The notes below the pieces were generated by a model. That model ran no database searches and was not told the DNA's origin. It saw only the letters and a program-made list of their open reading frames with translations. From an uncultured Gemmatimonadales bacterium (lineage in GTDB: Bacteria > Gemmatimonadota > Gemmatimonadetes > Longimicrobiales > RSA9), in NCBI GenBank assembly GCA_963741945.1, contig CAVUKA010000001.1:384001-448000 (forward strand): DNA of 64,000 bases. The letters are read 5' to 3'. Made by a program: the position numbers and the translations under genes. Numbering within the stretch: position 1 is the first letter of the stretch; every line of letters begins with the position of its first letter. Of the stretch, positions 50,540-60,580 are shown in pieces.

Positions 50540-52279
50540 CTACTTGCCGCGCTTGATCAGAGCGTCCTGGATCTCGATGAACCGCTGCGTGGCGTCGATC
50601 AGCTTCGGCACGTCGGCAGAAGCGTGAATCTTCTCGTAGCCCCGCGCGGCCTGGAAGAGCTGGAGCGCGCGCTCGAAGAGCGGCTTCGCCTTCTTGGCGG
50701 CCTCGGCGTTCATCGGCTTTCCTACCTGCTGTCCCTGCTGGTAGAGGATGTACCCCCTCCAGAAGTTGCGGGTGAGCTTGTCCTCCTCGGTCTGGGCCAG
50801 CGGACCCGCCGCGTCCAGGAGGGAATAGGCCGCATCAAGCTGGCCCTTCTGGAACTTCTGATTGTAGGCGTTGGCGAAGATCATCCGGAATGCGTCTTCC
50901 GGCTTGATGTCGCCGCTCTGCACGGCGGACTGGAGCGCTGCCACCGCCTTGTTCTCCTGGCCAGCCCTCAGCCAGAGCAAGGCCTTCCGCTGCGAGTAGG
51001 TGGGCGAAGGCCCTTCGATCTGCTCGGCCTTCTGGAGAGCGGCCAGGGCGTCATCGGTCCGGCCCGCATCCTCGAGAGCGCGGGAGTACGCATCCCAGAT
51101 GCGAGGGTTGTCGGGCGCCGCCTCGCTGGCGCGCTTGCCCAGGGCAATGGCCTGATCGGTCTGGCCGAGCTTGTACTTCGCGATGATCAGGCGCTCCAGG
51201 ACCAGGGGGTCCGTCTCGGCACCCTCCTTGTCGAACACCTTCTCGTACGAATTGGCGGCGGTGCGATACAGGCTGTCGATCTTCGCACTGTCCGGGTTCT
51301 CCACCTGCTCGGCCTGCGCCGCGGCGTTGGCGGCGAAATGGCCGATGTAGGTGATGAGGGTCATGTTCTCCGTCGTGTCCGACTGGAGACCCTGCTCCGC
51401 GTAGTGCAGCGCGGTCTCATAGTCACCGGCGTTGGCAATGTCGGTGGCGATGCTGAGCCGCACCTGGATGTCACCCGGATTCAGCTCCATGTAGCGGTCG
51501 AAGAAGCCACGGGCCTCCTGCTGCTGCCCCATCTCCGTGGCCACGATGCCGGCCAGCTTGAGCGCGTCCTGATTGATAGGATCGAGCTCGAGATCCTGCT
51601 TGAGCGCCTGCAGCGCCTCGTCGCGATTCCCCATCTTCCACAGGATGTAGCCCTTCTTGTAAAGAGCGCCCTGTGAGTTCGGGTTGATCTCCAGCGCCTT
51701 GTTGCAGTTCTCCAGCGCAGACTCCCAGTTCTGGCTGTCCATGTACTGCTGACAGAACACGGTGTGCCGCAGCTGCGTCTGCCACTTGTCGAACGTCTGC
51801 AGGATCTGCTGCGCGGCCTGCTTCGGCTCGCGATCGCTCACGGTGAAGTCCGGCACGTCGAACGCCTCACCGTTGGTGGCGCCCACGAACTGCGCGGTCA
51901 CCTTGACCTGGTCGCCCCCGGCCGGCTCGTAGGAGCCGCAGAGCACGAGCCCCCACGACTGCTGCATCGCCAGCTGACGCGACTTGATGCAGTTGTACAG
52001 GTCCTCATCGGAGAGGTCGTACTTCTTGCGGGCGTTCTTGAGATCCTTCTCACTCACCGTCTTGTGCGTGTGGAGCTCACCGATCCGGTCCCGGAGCTCA
52101 CTCGCCACCTTCTCGCCGAACTTCTTATCTGCCCCGTTCATGGGCGCGAGGTTCGGCACCATGATGCTGATCCGCTCGCCGGTGTCGGACTGCGCCGATC
52201 CCTGCGTGGCCAGTACACCCGTGGCCAGCACCGGTAACAGCGCCGCCAGCCACAACTTCCGCTCGATCAATCGCTTCAT
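50540..52279 (-). CDS. Secreted tetratricopeptide-repeat protein
   Basis: Signal peptide; repeated TPR-like helices (ALEINP, LELDP, MELNP). Confidence 0.85.
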   Translation of the reverse strand: MKRLIERKLWLAALLPVLATGVLATQGSAQSDTGERISIMVPNLAPMNGADKKFGEKVASELRDRIGELHTHKTVSEKDLKNARKKYDLSDEDLYNCIKSRQLAMQQSWGLVLCGSYEPAGGDQVKVTAQFVGATNGEAFDVPDFTVSDREPKQAAQQILQTFDKWQTQLRHTVFCQQYMDSQNWESALENCNKALEINPNSQGALYKKGYILWKMGNRDEALQALKQDLELDPINQDALKLAGIVATEMGQQQEARGFFDRYMELNPGDIQVRLSIATDIANAGDYETALHYAEQGLQSDTTENMTLITYIGHFAANAAAQAEQVENPDSAKIDSLYRTAANSYEKVFDKEGAETDPLVLERLIIAKYKLGQTDQAIALGKRASEAAPDNPRIWDAYSRALEDAGRTDDALAALQKAEQIEGPSPTYSQRKALLWLRAGQENKAVAALQSAVQSGDIKPEDAFRMIFANAYNQKFQKGQLDAAYSLLDAAGPLAQTEEDKLTRNFWRGYILYQQGQQVGKPMNAEAAKKAKPLFERALQLFQAARGYEKIHASADVPKLIDATQRFIEIQDALIKRGK

Positions 52280-52419
52280 TTTCCAGGGTCTCCGCTCTGG
52301 AAGTCCATCATACGCGACACGGGCCGCTCCGGTGCCGCTCTCCACATTGTTACCCCCGCGGTCATGCGGAAGGTTCGTGCGACGCCTGAGCGTCGGTAGG
52401 CCTAGCGAGGCAAACGGGC

Positions 52420-52448
52420 ATTGTAGGCGCGCAATACGCCCGGTGCAA
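52420..52448 (-). promoter_or_regulatory. Putative sigma70 promoter for the TPR gene
   Basis: Minus strand TTGCAC-N17-TACAAT. Confidence 0.6.
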
Positions 52449-52593
52449 GCATCCGCTACGCTCGGCCACGAGCGTTACGGCAAGAGAGCGGCCACGCCGC
52501 CAACCACCGAAGGCTAGCTACACGGCGCCAGAAGGTTTGTTTCAGCCAGCGCTGGCGCAGGGTCCGCGGGGGCGGGGGCTCTGTGATTCCGGG

Positions 52594-53253
52594 CTAAAGC
52601 GGAGCGCGGCAGGTGGGATCGTCGTGTCGGGTGGAGTTGACGCGATCCGAAACCCGGTGTCGCTGCAGCGGCTCCCGCGAGGGTGCGAGGAGGCGGTGGA
52701 GCGCGTCGGGGTCGGCATCGGGGTCAAGCCAATCCTCGCGACGTCCGGGCTCCAGGATCAGGGGCATCCGTTCGTGAACGGGGCGGACGGCCTCGCTCGC
52801 GGCGGTGGTCAGGATGGTACAGGTGAGGAGCTCACCGTCGGCGGTCTGAGCGCGCTCCCACAGGCCGGCCATGGCGAAGGGCGCGCCGTCCGGGTGCCGG
52901 AAGTGGAACGGGATCTTCCGGGAGCCCGTCCCCTTCTGCCACTCGTAGAAGCCGTCGGCGAGGACCCAGCAGCGACGTCGGCGAAAGGCGTCCCGGAAGG
53001 CAGGCTTGTCCGCCACGGTCTCGGCGCGCGCGTTGATGAGCGGGCGTAGCGAGGAGCGTTTCGCGGCCCAGGTGGGGACGAGCCCCCACTGCAGCGCCCC
53101 AAGGCGGAGCCCGTCGCCATCGTGGATGACGGTGGGCACCGGCTGGCCGGGGGCGATGTTGTAGCGCGGCTGGTGGTCGAACGAGGCGGCGCCGATCCCG
53201 AACTCGGCCACGAGCCGGTCAGTGTCGACGCCCAGGGAGAAGCGGCCGCACAC
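52594..53253 (-). CDS. SRAP/YedK (HMCES-like) abasic-site protection protein
   Basis: N-terminal (M)CGRF, RYNIAPGQ, WGLVP, INARAET, GFYEW, HERMP. Confidence 0.95.
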   Translation of the reverse strand: MCGRFSLGVDTDRLVAEFGIGAASFDHQPRYNIAPGQPVPTVIHDGDGLRLGALQWGLVPTWAAKRSSLRPLINARAETVADKPAFRDAFRRRRCWVLADGFYEWQKGTGSRKIPFHFRHPDGAPFAMAGLWERAQTADGELLTCTILTTAASEAVRPVHERMPLILEPGRREDWLDPDADPDALHRLLAPSREPLQRHRVSDRVNSTRHDDPTCRAPL

Positions 53254-53257
53254 GAGC

Positions 53258-53533
53258 TCAGCCGGTGAGGCGCTGACGGGGGCGGTTCTCGACGAGCCGC
53301 TCCACGAAGCCGATACGGTCGTCCATCAGGTCCATGCGCGTGTTGAGGCGATCGAGGGCGGTGGCGATGCGCTCCATCTGGGCCTCGTCCAGCCGCTGCG
53401 GCGCCGGCTGCGCCACGCTCGTCCGCTCCTTCGCCAGCGCCTCCAGCAGAAGGCCAAGACGTTTGGTCATCGGTCGAAAGATCATCACGCCGGCTATGCA
53501 GAGAAACATGACAATCGGGATCATCTCTTCCAT
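53258..53533 (-). CDS. Small bitopic membrane protein with C-terminal coiled coil (PspB-like architecture)
   Basis: N-terminal TM; ...LDRLNTRMDLMDDRIGFVERLV; GAGGAAGG RBS; own ECF-type promoter. Confidence 0.8.
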   Translation of the reverse strand: MEEMIPIVMFLCIAGVMIFRPMTKRLGLLLEALAKERTSVAQPAPQRLDEAQMERIATALDRLNTRMDLMDDRIGFVERLVENRPRQRLTG

Positions 53534-53561
53534 GGTCCTTCCTCGCGGCTCGGGTTGCTGT

Positions 53562-53595
53562 CTCCCTTACGCCCCCCGCCGGTCCCGAGTTTCAC
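53562..53595 (-). promoter_or_regulatory. ECF (SigW-like) promoter, leftward
   Basis: Minus strand GTGAAAC-N17-CGTAAGGGAG. Confidence 0.75.
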
Positions 53596-53656
53596 CCGCC
53601 CACCCGTCCCCGACGCAACCATTTCCCCGGCGTCTCCATCCAATACGGACAGAAGC

Positions 53657-53690
53657 GTGAAACCCAATGGGGCCGCCCCTCGTAAGGGAG
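53657..53690 (+). promoter_or_regulatory. ECF (SigW-like) promoter, rightward
   Basis: Plus strand GTGAAAC-N17-CGTAAGGGAG, with boxes identical to the leftward copy. Confidence 0.75.
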
Positions 53691-53735
53691 CCCAGACAAC
53701 CGAGACCCGAGCCCTGCCGAAAGGAAAGGTACGGG

Positions 53736-53855
53736 ATGAAGAAGATGACCAGAAACGACATCCTCAAGATCGCAGCCGGCGTTACCGCAGCCGTGGTGGC
53801 CTGCCTGGGCACGGTGGCCGCCCTGATGGTTCCGGTGATCTCCGCCCTGCACTGA
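53736..53855 (+). CDS. 39-aa single-TM small protein
   Basis: MKKMTRNDILKIAAGVTAAVVACLGTVAALMVPVISALH; AAGGAAAGG RBS; upstream ECF-type promoter. Confidence 0.65.
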   Translation: MKKMTRNDILKIAAGVTAAVVACLGTVAALMVPVISALH

Positions 53856-53934
53856 GGGGGCGAGCGGGACAGCGATCGCGAAGTTGCGTGGCAGGGAGGG
53901 TCGGGGCTGCGGGGTCCCGACCCTCTCTCGCATC

Positions 53935-54972
53935 TCAGGAGGGCTCCCCTTCCGCGTGGCGGGCATCCCGTCCGGCGTCCACGTCCAGCACGGCGGCACC
54001 CTCGAAGCTTCCGTGCCGCAGGTCGTCCAGCGCGCGGCAGGCCTCCTCGAGCGGATACGTGGTCACGTGCGTGCGCACGGGCACGGCCGCGGCCAGAGGG
54101 AGGAACTCTTCGGCATCGCGCCGGGTCAGGTTCGCCACGGAGCGGAGCACGCGCTCACCCCAGAGCAAGCGGTAGGGAAACGATGGGATGTCGCTCATGT
54201 GGATCCCGCCGCATACCACCGCGCCACCGCTGCGCACGGCCGCGAGGGCGGCCGGGACGAGGGCACCGACGGGGGCGAAGAGGATGGCGGCATCCAGGGG
54301 CGCGGGCGGGGAGGCGTCGGATCCACCGGCCCACGCCGCGCCCAGGGAACGGGCGAAGCGCTGCCCCTCGTCGTCTCCGGGGCGGGTGAAGGCGAAGACC
54401 TCGCGGTCCTCGTGGAGCGCCACCTGGGCGAGGATGTGGGCGGCCGCGCCGAATCCGTAAAGGCCGAGTCGCTCCACGCGGCCGGCCGTGGCCAGGGCGA
54501 TCCGGTAGGCGCGATAGCCGATGAGGCCGCCGCACAGCAGCGGCGCCGCCTGGATGTCCTGCAGCCCTTCCGGGATCGGGAACGCGTAGCGGGCATCGGC
54601 CACCATTTCATCGGCGAAGCCGCCCGGCCGATCATAGCCCGTGAACTCGGCCCTCTCGCACAGGTTCTCCTCGCCGTTGCGGCAGTGCTCGCACTCGCCG
54701 CAGCTCCACCCCAGCCACGGGACGCCCACGCGGTCCCCCGGCATGAAGGCGGTGACCCCGTCGCCCACTTCGAGCACCTCGGCCACCACCTGGTGGCCCG
54801 GAGTGATCGGATAGGACGGATCGGACAGCTCCTCGTCCAGGATGTGCAGGTCCGTGCGGCAGACGCCGCACGCCCGGACCCGCAACCTCAGCTCACCCGC
54901 GCCCGCTCGGGGCCGCGGCCGGTCCTCCAGCCGTAGCCCTCCGCTCCCCTCCTCCAGAACCATGGCCCGCAT
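53935..54972 (-). CDS. Zinc-dependent alcohol dehydrogenase family protein (MDR)
   Basis: CGVCRTDLH, PGHQV, structural Zn CGECEHC..C, APLLCGG, GFGAA. Confidence 0.93.
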   Translation of the reverse strand: MRAMVLEEGSGGLRLEDRPRPRAGAGELRLRVRACGVCRTDLHILDEELSDPSYPITPGHQVVAEVLEVGDGVTAFMPGDRVGVPWLGWSCGECEHCRNGEENLCERAEFTGYDRPGGFADEMVADARYAFPIPEGLQDIQAAPLLCGGLIGYRAYRIALATAGRVERLGLYGFGAAAHILAQVALHEDREVFAFTRPGDDEGQRFARSLGAAWAGGSDASPPAPLDAAILFAPVGALVPAALAAVRSGGAVVCGGIHMSDIPSFPYRLLWGERVLRSVANLTRRDAEEFLPLAAAVPVRTHVTTYPLEEACRALDDLRHGSFEGAAVLDVDAGRDARHAEGEPS

Positions 54973-55588
54973 CCAGCCTCCCGCGTTGCGCGCGCGGCCG
55001 CCTGGCAGTCCACCGCATCCGCAGCGCCAGCAGCGCCACGAGCACGGCGGCAAAGATGAGCGGCGCGCGCGTGTCGGCCTTGACCCGCCAGTAGAAGTGG
55101 ATGACGCCGAGCCCCGCGGCAAGGTAGATGGCCCTGTGGAGCGTGGTCCATCGTCGCCCGAGGCGGCGGATCCAGCCTCGCGTGCTGGTCACCGCGAGCG
55201 ACAGGAGGAGGAGCCACGCCGCGGCGCCGACGGTGATGAACGGGCGCTTCGTGACGTCGTCGACGATGAAGCTCCACGTGAACAGCTGGTCCAGGCCCAG
55301 ATAGATCGCGAGATGGACCGTGGCGTAGAAGAAGGCGAACAGGCCGAGCGGGCGGCGCAGTTTGACGAGCTCGTTCCGGCCGGTGATCCGGCGCGCGGGT
55401 GTCACGGCGAGAGTGACGAGCAGCAGCACGAGGGTCCACCAGCCGAAGTGGTTCAGCAGCTTCTCCACGGGGTTGGCGCCGAGCCCGATCAGCCCGTCGC
55501 GCAGCCACCACGCCACGCGGGCGAGCGGATAGAGACCGAGCGCCCAGACGCCCGCCTTCATCGCCAGCAGCCGGCGACGACCACTCAC
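54893..55588 (-). CDS. msrQ: Heme-binding membrane subunit MsrQ (YedZ)
   Basis: GANPVE, LAVTP, RRPLGLFAFFYA..H, KRPFITVG, W..LHR.IY, HFYW. Start uncertain (55588 or 55561). Confidence 0.93.
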   Translation of the reverse strand: MSGRRRLLAMKAGVWALGLYPLARVAWWLRDGLIGLGANPVEKLLNHFGWWTLVLLLVTLAVTPARRITGRNELVKLRRPLGLFAFFYATVHLAIYLGLDQLFTWSFIVDDVTKRPFITVGAAAWLLLLSLAVTSTRGWIRRLGRRWTTLHRAIYLAAGLGVIHFYWRVKADTRAPLIFAAVLVALLALRMRWTARRPRAQRGRLDAGHGSGGGERRATAGGPAAAPSGRG

Positions 55589-55643
55589 CGGACTCGCCGG
55601 CCACCAGAGCGCGCGTCGCGGCAGCCGCCGGGCGGCCCGGAGC

Positions 55644-56567
55644 TCAGAACCACCGCCGCAGGTCCATTCCGCTGTACAGACTCGCCACCTGGTCGCCGTA
55701 GCCGTTGAACGGGAGCGTGGGGCGCTTGCGCAGCTCGCCGATCCGCCGCTCCCGGGCCTGGCTCCAGCGCGGGTGGTCCACATCCGGGTTCACGTTCGCG
55801 TAGAATCCGTACTCGTTCGGCTGCATCTGCTGCCACGTGTTCAGCGGCATGTCCTCCACCAGCCGGATCCGGACAATGGACTTGATGCTCTTGAAGCCGT
55901 ACTTCCACGGCACCACCAGTCGCAGCGGCGCGCCATCCTGGTTCGGCAGGTCCTTGCCGTACAGGCCGGTGGCGAGAATCGTGAGCGGGTGCATCGCCTC
56001 GTCCAGCCGGAGCCCCTCCACGTACGGCCAGTCCAGGATCGGACGCCGCTGGCCGGGCAGCTCCGACGGCCGATACACCGTCGTGAACTCCACGAACTTC
56101 GCGCCCGGGCGGGGATCCGCGCGCTCCAGAACCGCGCTCAGCGGGATGCCCCGCCACGGAATCACCATGGACCAGGCTTCCACGCAGCGAAGCCGGTAGA
56201 TCCGGTCCTCCATGGCGAACGGCTCGAGGAAGTCCTCGAGCGCGTAATCGCCGGGGCGATTCACGAGCCCGTCCACCTTCACGGTCCACGGCCGCGGATG
56301 GAACAGGTGCGCCAGCTTCGACGGGTCGTCCTTGGACGGACCGAACTCGTAGAAGTTGTTGTACGTGGTCACCAGCTCGTACGGCGTCGGATCTTCCTTC
56401 GCCGGGACACCGGCGGCGCGCTCGCAGGCGGCCACCACCGCGGAAGGCGCCACCGCTGCGGCGGCGAGCGTCTTCACGCCCGCTCCGATGAACTCCCGTC
56501 TCCGGACGTACAGCGATTCCGGCGTGATCTCGGACGACGGGATGCGGCCTGGCTTGCCTATGAGCAT
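55644..56567 (-). CDS. msrP: Molybdopterin methionine-sulfoxide reductase MsrP (YedY)
   Basis: SEITPE, Tat [49 protein letters not shown]. Confidence 0.97.
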   Translation of the reverse strand: MLIGKPGRIPSSEITPESLYVRRREFIGAGVKTLAAAAVAPSAVVAACERAAGVPAKEDPTPYELVTTYNNFYEFGPSKDDPSKLAHLFHPRPWTVKVDGLVNRPGDYALEDFLEPFAMEDRIYRLRCVEAWSMVIPWRGIPLSAVLERADPRPGAKFVEFTTVYRPSELPGQRRPILDWPYVEGLRLDEAMHPLTILATGLYGKDLPNQDGAPLRLVVPWKYGFKSIKSIVRIRLVEDMPLNTWQQMQPNEYGFYANVNPDVDHPRWSQARERRIGELRKRPTLPFNGYGDQVASLYSGMDLRRWF

Positions 56568-56597
56568 CGGGGGTTCTCTCCTCGCTGGCGCGTGCTC

Positions 56598-57413
56598 CTA
56601 GTAGATGTAGACGGGCGTTCCCACGGCCACCAGTCCGTACAGCCGCTCCACGTCCGGGTTCCGCAGCCGAACGCAGCCGTGGCTGGCTTCGGTTCCGATG
56701 GTCTCCACTTCGGGCGTGCCATGGATCAGGTACCCGTCGCCCAGGATCAGGCGCCGCGTCCCCAGGATCTTCGGGATCCGCCGCTGCGGCGAGCCGAGCG
56801 GCGGGATGAAGATCTTGCCGTCGAACTCGATCTCCGCGCCGGGCGTGAACGCCCACCAGTTCCCGAAGCGGTTGATCCGTCCCACCTCACTGCCCCGGAC
56901 CTCGATGAACGTCGAGTCCGAGAGCCGGATCCGGTCCCCTCTCGACAGGTGGACCGGCTTCAGCCCGCGCGCCACCGCGAGCTCGTAGTAGTGCCAGTCC
57001 GGCGGAACCCAGTCGGGCATCTCCTCCTTGTCCTGCACCACCCGCTTCCCCACCGGAGTACTGAAGTCGTACGCGCGCCCGCCGTAATGGAAGACGGTGT
57101 CCCGACCCACGGCCACGGCGGCCGTGAACAGCACGCTGTCGCCCTCCAGCAGCCAGAGCCGCTTCTGCTCCCGCGAGACGACGATCCGCTCGCCATCCGC
57201 ATGGAGCGCCGCATGCCACACGGCGGAATCGGCCTTCGTCGCCGGGGGGGCTTCCCGCGGCGAGGCCGCCGCCGCATCGTCCTCCACCCACCCCGCCGGG
57301 TCGGGTGCGGCGCGCCCGAACGGCGTCAGTGGAGCGCACCCCCCCGCGCCGGCTGCGAGCGTCGAAGCCATGACCAGGGCCAGCAGCCGGCCCCTGAATG
57401 CTACCAGATTCAT
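56598..57413 (-). CDS. L,D-transpeptidase (YkuD family) lipoprotein
   Basis: Lipobox-like AGG-C; IHGT...ASHGCVRL catalytic motif; VGTPVYIY. Confidence 0.92.
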   Translation of the reverse strand: MNLVAFRGRLLALVMASTLAAGAGGCAPLTPFGRAAPDPAGWVEDDAAAASPREAPPATKADSAVWHAALHADGERIVVSREQKRLWLLEGDSVLFTAAVAVGRDTVFHYGGRAYDFSTPVGKRVVQDKEEMPDWVPPDWHYYELAVARGLKPVHLSRGDRIRLSDSTFIEVRGSEVGRINRFGNWWAFTPGAEIEFDGKIFIPPLGSPQRRIPKILGTRRLILGDGYLIHGTPEVETIGTEASHGCVRLRNPDVERLYGLVAVGTPVYIY

Positions 57414-57483
57414 CCCACCTCACTTGCATTGTCCGGAGTGATTCCAGCGTGGCTGGCGCCGTGGCCTGATCCATACCCCCGGA

Positions 57484-57499
57484 TGGCACAATCGGTGCA
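57484..57499 (+). promoter_or_regulatory. Putative sigma54 (-24/-12) promoter for the aceB operon
   Basis: TGGCACAATCGGTGCA: GG-N10-GC with a TGGCAC core and one deviation from TTGCA. Confidence 0.55.
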
Positions 57500-57616
57500 G
57501 CCCCGGAAGGCGTCTTCAATGCGGGACAACCGGGGTACCGCTGGCGGTCCTGGACCGGTCCCGACCGATCCACACACGGGATCGACTGCAGCTACCCGAG
57601 CCACCACGGAGCGAGC

Positions 57617-59206
57617 ATGGCCGAGGCCACCACGAGACAACGCGTGAAAATCCATGGCGAGACACACCCGGAAGCGGAGCGGGTGCTCACGCCCGAAGCG
57701 CTGTCGTTCGTGGCAGCGCTGCACGAGCGGTTCGATGACCGGCGTCGAAGTCTACTGAAGCGGCGACAGGAGCGGCAGGCCCGGCTCGTGGAGGGCGAGA
57801 TGCCGGACTTCCTGGAGGAAACGCGCGAGGTGCGGGAGTCGGACTGGCGGGTGGCCGACACGCCGGCCGACCTGGAGAAGCGGGTGGTGGAGATCACGGG
57901 CCCGGTGGACCGCAAGATGATGATCAACGCCCTGAACTCGGGCGCCGACGTGTTCATGGCGGACTTCGAGGACGCGCTGAGCCCCACGTGGGGCAACGTG
58001 GTGGCGGGGCAGGCCAACTGCCAGGATGCGGTCCGCGGCACCATCGAGTTCGAGAACCCGGACGGGAAGCGGTACGAGCTGAACGACGAGGTGGCCACGC
58101 TGCTCGTCCGCCCGCGCGGCTGGCACCTTCCGGAGAAGCACGTGGAGGTGGATGGTACGCCGATCTCGGCGAGTCTGTTCGATTTCGGGCTCTACTTCTT
58201 CCACAACGCCGAAGCGCTCCTGGAGCGGGGCAGCGGACCGTACTTCTACCTGCCGAAGCTCGAGAACCACCTGGAGGCCAGGCTGTGGAACGATGTCTTC
58301 CTCTTCGCGCAGGAGTCGCTGGACGTGCCGCGCGGGTCGATCCGCGCGACCGTGCTGGTGGAGAACATCCTGGCGGCGTTCGAGATGGACGAGATCCTGT
58401 ACGAGCTGCGGGAGCACATGGCCGGCCTCAACGCGGGTCGATGGGACTACATCTTCAGCGCGATCAAGAAGTTCCGGCACCGTGACGACTTCGTGCTCCC
58501 GGACCGGGGGCAGGTCACCATGACCGTGCCCTTCATGCGGGCGTATACGGATCTCCTCGTGCGCACCTGTCATCGCCGCGGTGCGCATGCCATGGGCGGG
58601 ATGGCGGCGTTCATTCCGAGCCGCGACGAGGAGGTGAACCGTCGCGCGTTCCAGGAAGTGCGCCAGGACAAGGTACGGGAGAGCCGGGACGGCTTCGACG
58701 GCACATGGATCGCCCATCCCGGTCTGGAGCCGGTCGCGCGGGAGGCGTTCGGGGAAGTGCTGGACGGCCGGCCGAACCAGAAGGACCGGCTGCGGGAGGA
58801 CGTGGAAGTGGGCGCGGCGGGGCTGCTGTCGATCCCTGAAACGCCGGGCGAGATCACGCGCGCGGGGATCGAGCAGAACGTGAGCGTGGCCCTTCAGTAC
58901 ATGGATGCCTGGCTGGGCGGCTGGGGCGCCGCGGCAATCAACAACCTGATGGAGGACGCGGCAACGGCGGAGATCTCGCGCTCGCAGCTGTGGCAGTGGC
59001 TGCACAGTGGCGCGGCGCTGGCGGATGGCAGCCGCATGACGGACGGGGTGTACCGGGAGGTCCGGGAGCAGGAGCTCCGGAGCCTGCGGGACGCCGGGAA
59101 GGACAACGGCCACCTGGACGAGGCGGCGGATCTGCTGGACGCGCTCGTCCTGGACGACGAATTCACCGGGTTCCTGACGCTGCCCGGTTACGAGCGACTC
59201 GACTGA
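57617..59206 (+). CDS. aceB: Malate synthase A
   Basis: [57 protein letters not shown]. Confidence 0.98.
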   Translation: MAEATTRQRVKIHGETHPEAERVLTPEALSFVAALHERFDDRRRSLLKRRQERQARLVEGEMPDFLEETREVRESDWRVADTPADLEKRVVEITGPVDRKMMINALNSGADVFMADFEDALSPTWGNVVAGQANCQDAVRGTIEFENPDGKRYELNDEVATLLVRPRGWHLPEKHVEVDGTPISASLFDFGLYFFHNAEALLERGSGPYFYLPKLENHLEARLWNDVFLFAQESLDVPRGSIRATVLVENILAAFEMDEILYELREHMAGLNAGRWDYIFSAIKKFRHRDDFVLPDRGQVTMTVPFMRAYTDLLVRTCHRRGAHAMGGMAAFIPSRDEEVNRRAFQEVRQDKVRESRDGFDGTWIAHPGLEPVAREAFGEVLDGRPNQKDRLREDVEVGAAGLLSIPETPGEITRAGIEQNVSVALQYMDAWLGGWGAAAINNLMEDAATAEISRSQLWQWLHSGAALADGSRMTDGVYREVREQELRSLRDAGKDNGHLDEAADLLDALVLDDEFTGFLTLPGYERLD

Positions 59207-59222
59207 GAAGGAGGCGAGCCAC

Positions 59223-60578
59223 ATGCGGAACCGGAGCAAGTGGGGGGACGGCAGACCGGAGCGGACCGTTCCCGAATCGGAGGACCGGGCGAAAACGGAC
59301 TTCGCCGGGCAGATCGAGCAGCTCGAGCAGCGGTGGTCCGGGTCGCGCTACGGCGGGATCGAGCGGCCGTACGAGGCCAGGGACGTGGTGCGCCTGCGGG
59401 GTTCGGTGCGCGAGGACCAGACGCTGGCGCGGCTGGGCGCCGAGCGGCTGTGGGACCTGATCGACGGCGCGGACGAGCCGATCCGCACGTTCGGTGCGCT
59501 GACGGGGAACCAGGCCGTGCAGATGGTGCGGGCGGGGCTCAAGTCCATCTACCTGAGCGGCTGGCAGGTGGCCGGAGACATGAACCTCTCGCTGCAGACC
59601 TATCCGGACCAGAGCCTGTATCCCAGCAACAGTGGCCCCACGCTGGTGCGGCGGATCAACAACGCGCTGAAGCGGGCCGACCAGATCGAGTGGAGCGAGA
59701 ACGAGGGTGAGGTCCGGACGGAATGGATGGCGCCCATCGTCGCCGACGCGGAGGCCGGTTTCGGAGGTCCGCTCCACGCCCACGAGCTGGCCCGCGCCTA
59801 CATCGAGGCGGGGGCCTCCGGCATCCACTTCGAGGACCAGCTGGCGGCGGAGAAGAAGTGCGGGCACATGGGCGGGAAGGTGCTGGTTCCCACGTCGCAG
59901 TTCGAGCGGGTACTGAGCGCCGCGCGGCTGGCATCGGACGTCCTCGATGTGCCGACGGTCATCTTCGCCCGGACGGATGCCGAAGCGGCCACGCTGCTGA
60001 CCAGCGACGTGGACGAGCGGGACCGCGAGTTCCTCACGGGCGAGCGCACGCCGGAAGGGTACTTCCGCGTGCGGCCGGGGCTGCAATCAGCCATAGCGCG
60101 CGCCAGGGCGTATGCCCCGCTGGCGGACGTCCTCTGGTGCGAGACGAAAACGCCCAGCCTGGAGGAAGCGAAAGCGTTCGCTGACGCGGTGCACGAGGAT
60201 TTCCCGGGCAAGCCGCTGGCGTACAACTGCTCGCCATCGTTCAACTGGAAGCGGAACCTGACCGACTCCGAGATCGCGCGGTTCCAGACGGAGCTGGGCG
60301 CCATGGGATACCGCTATCAGTTCATCACGCTGGCGGGATGGCACCTGATCAACCTGGGCGCCTTCGAGCTGGCCCGGGAGTACGAGGCGAGTGAAATGGC
60401 CGCGTACGTCCAGGTGCAGGAGCGGGAGTTCCAGCTCGAAGAGCACGGCTACACGGCGGCGAAGCACCAGCGGGAGGTGGGCGGGAACTACTTCGACCTG
60501 GTCCTGAACACGCTCTCGCACGGCGAGGCGACCACGGGGTCAATGGCCGAGTCCACGGAAGCCGCCCAGTTCATCTGA
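59223..60578 (+). CDS. aceA: Isocitrate lyase
   Basis: [51 protein letters not shown]. Confidence 0.98.
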   Translation: MRNRSKWGDGRPERTVPESEDRAKTDFAGQIEQLEQRWSGSRYGGIERPYEARDVVRLRGSVREDQTLARLGAERLWDLIDGADEPIRTFGALTGNQAVQMVRAGLKSIYLSGWQVAGDMNLSLQTYPDQSLYPSNSGPTLVRRINNALKRADQIEWSENEGEVRTEWMAPIVADAEAGFGGPLHAHELARAYIEAGASGIHFEDQLAAEKKCGHMGGKVLVPTSQFERVLSAARLASDVLDVPTVIFARTDAEAATLLTSDVDERDREFLTGERTPEGYFRVRPGLQSAIARARAYAPLADVLWCETKTPSLEEAKAFADAVHEDFPGKPLAYNCSPSFNWKRNLTDSEIARFQTELGAMGYRYQFITLAGWHLINLGAFELAREYEASEMAAYVQVQEREFQLEEHGYTAAKHQREVGGNYFDLVLNTLSHGEATTGSMAESTEAAQFI

Positions 60579-60580
60579 TC

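Noticed and set aside
53640-53735. Possible c-di-GMP or c-di-AMP riboswitch before the 39-aa ORF
   Set aside because: Conserved cores do not match; the region is better explained by the ECF promoter boxes.
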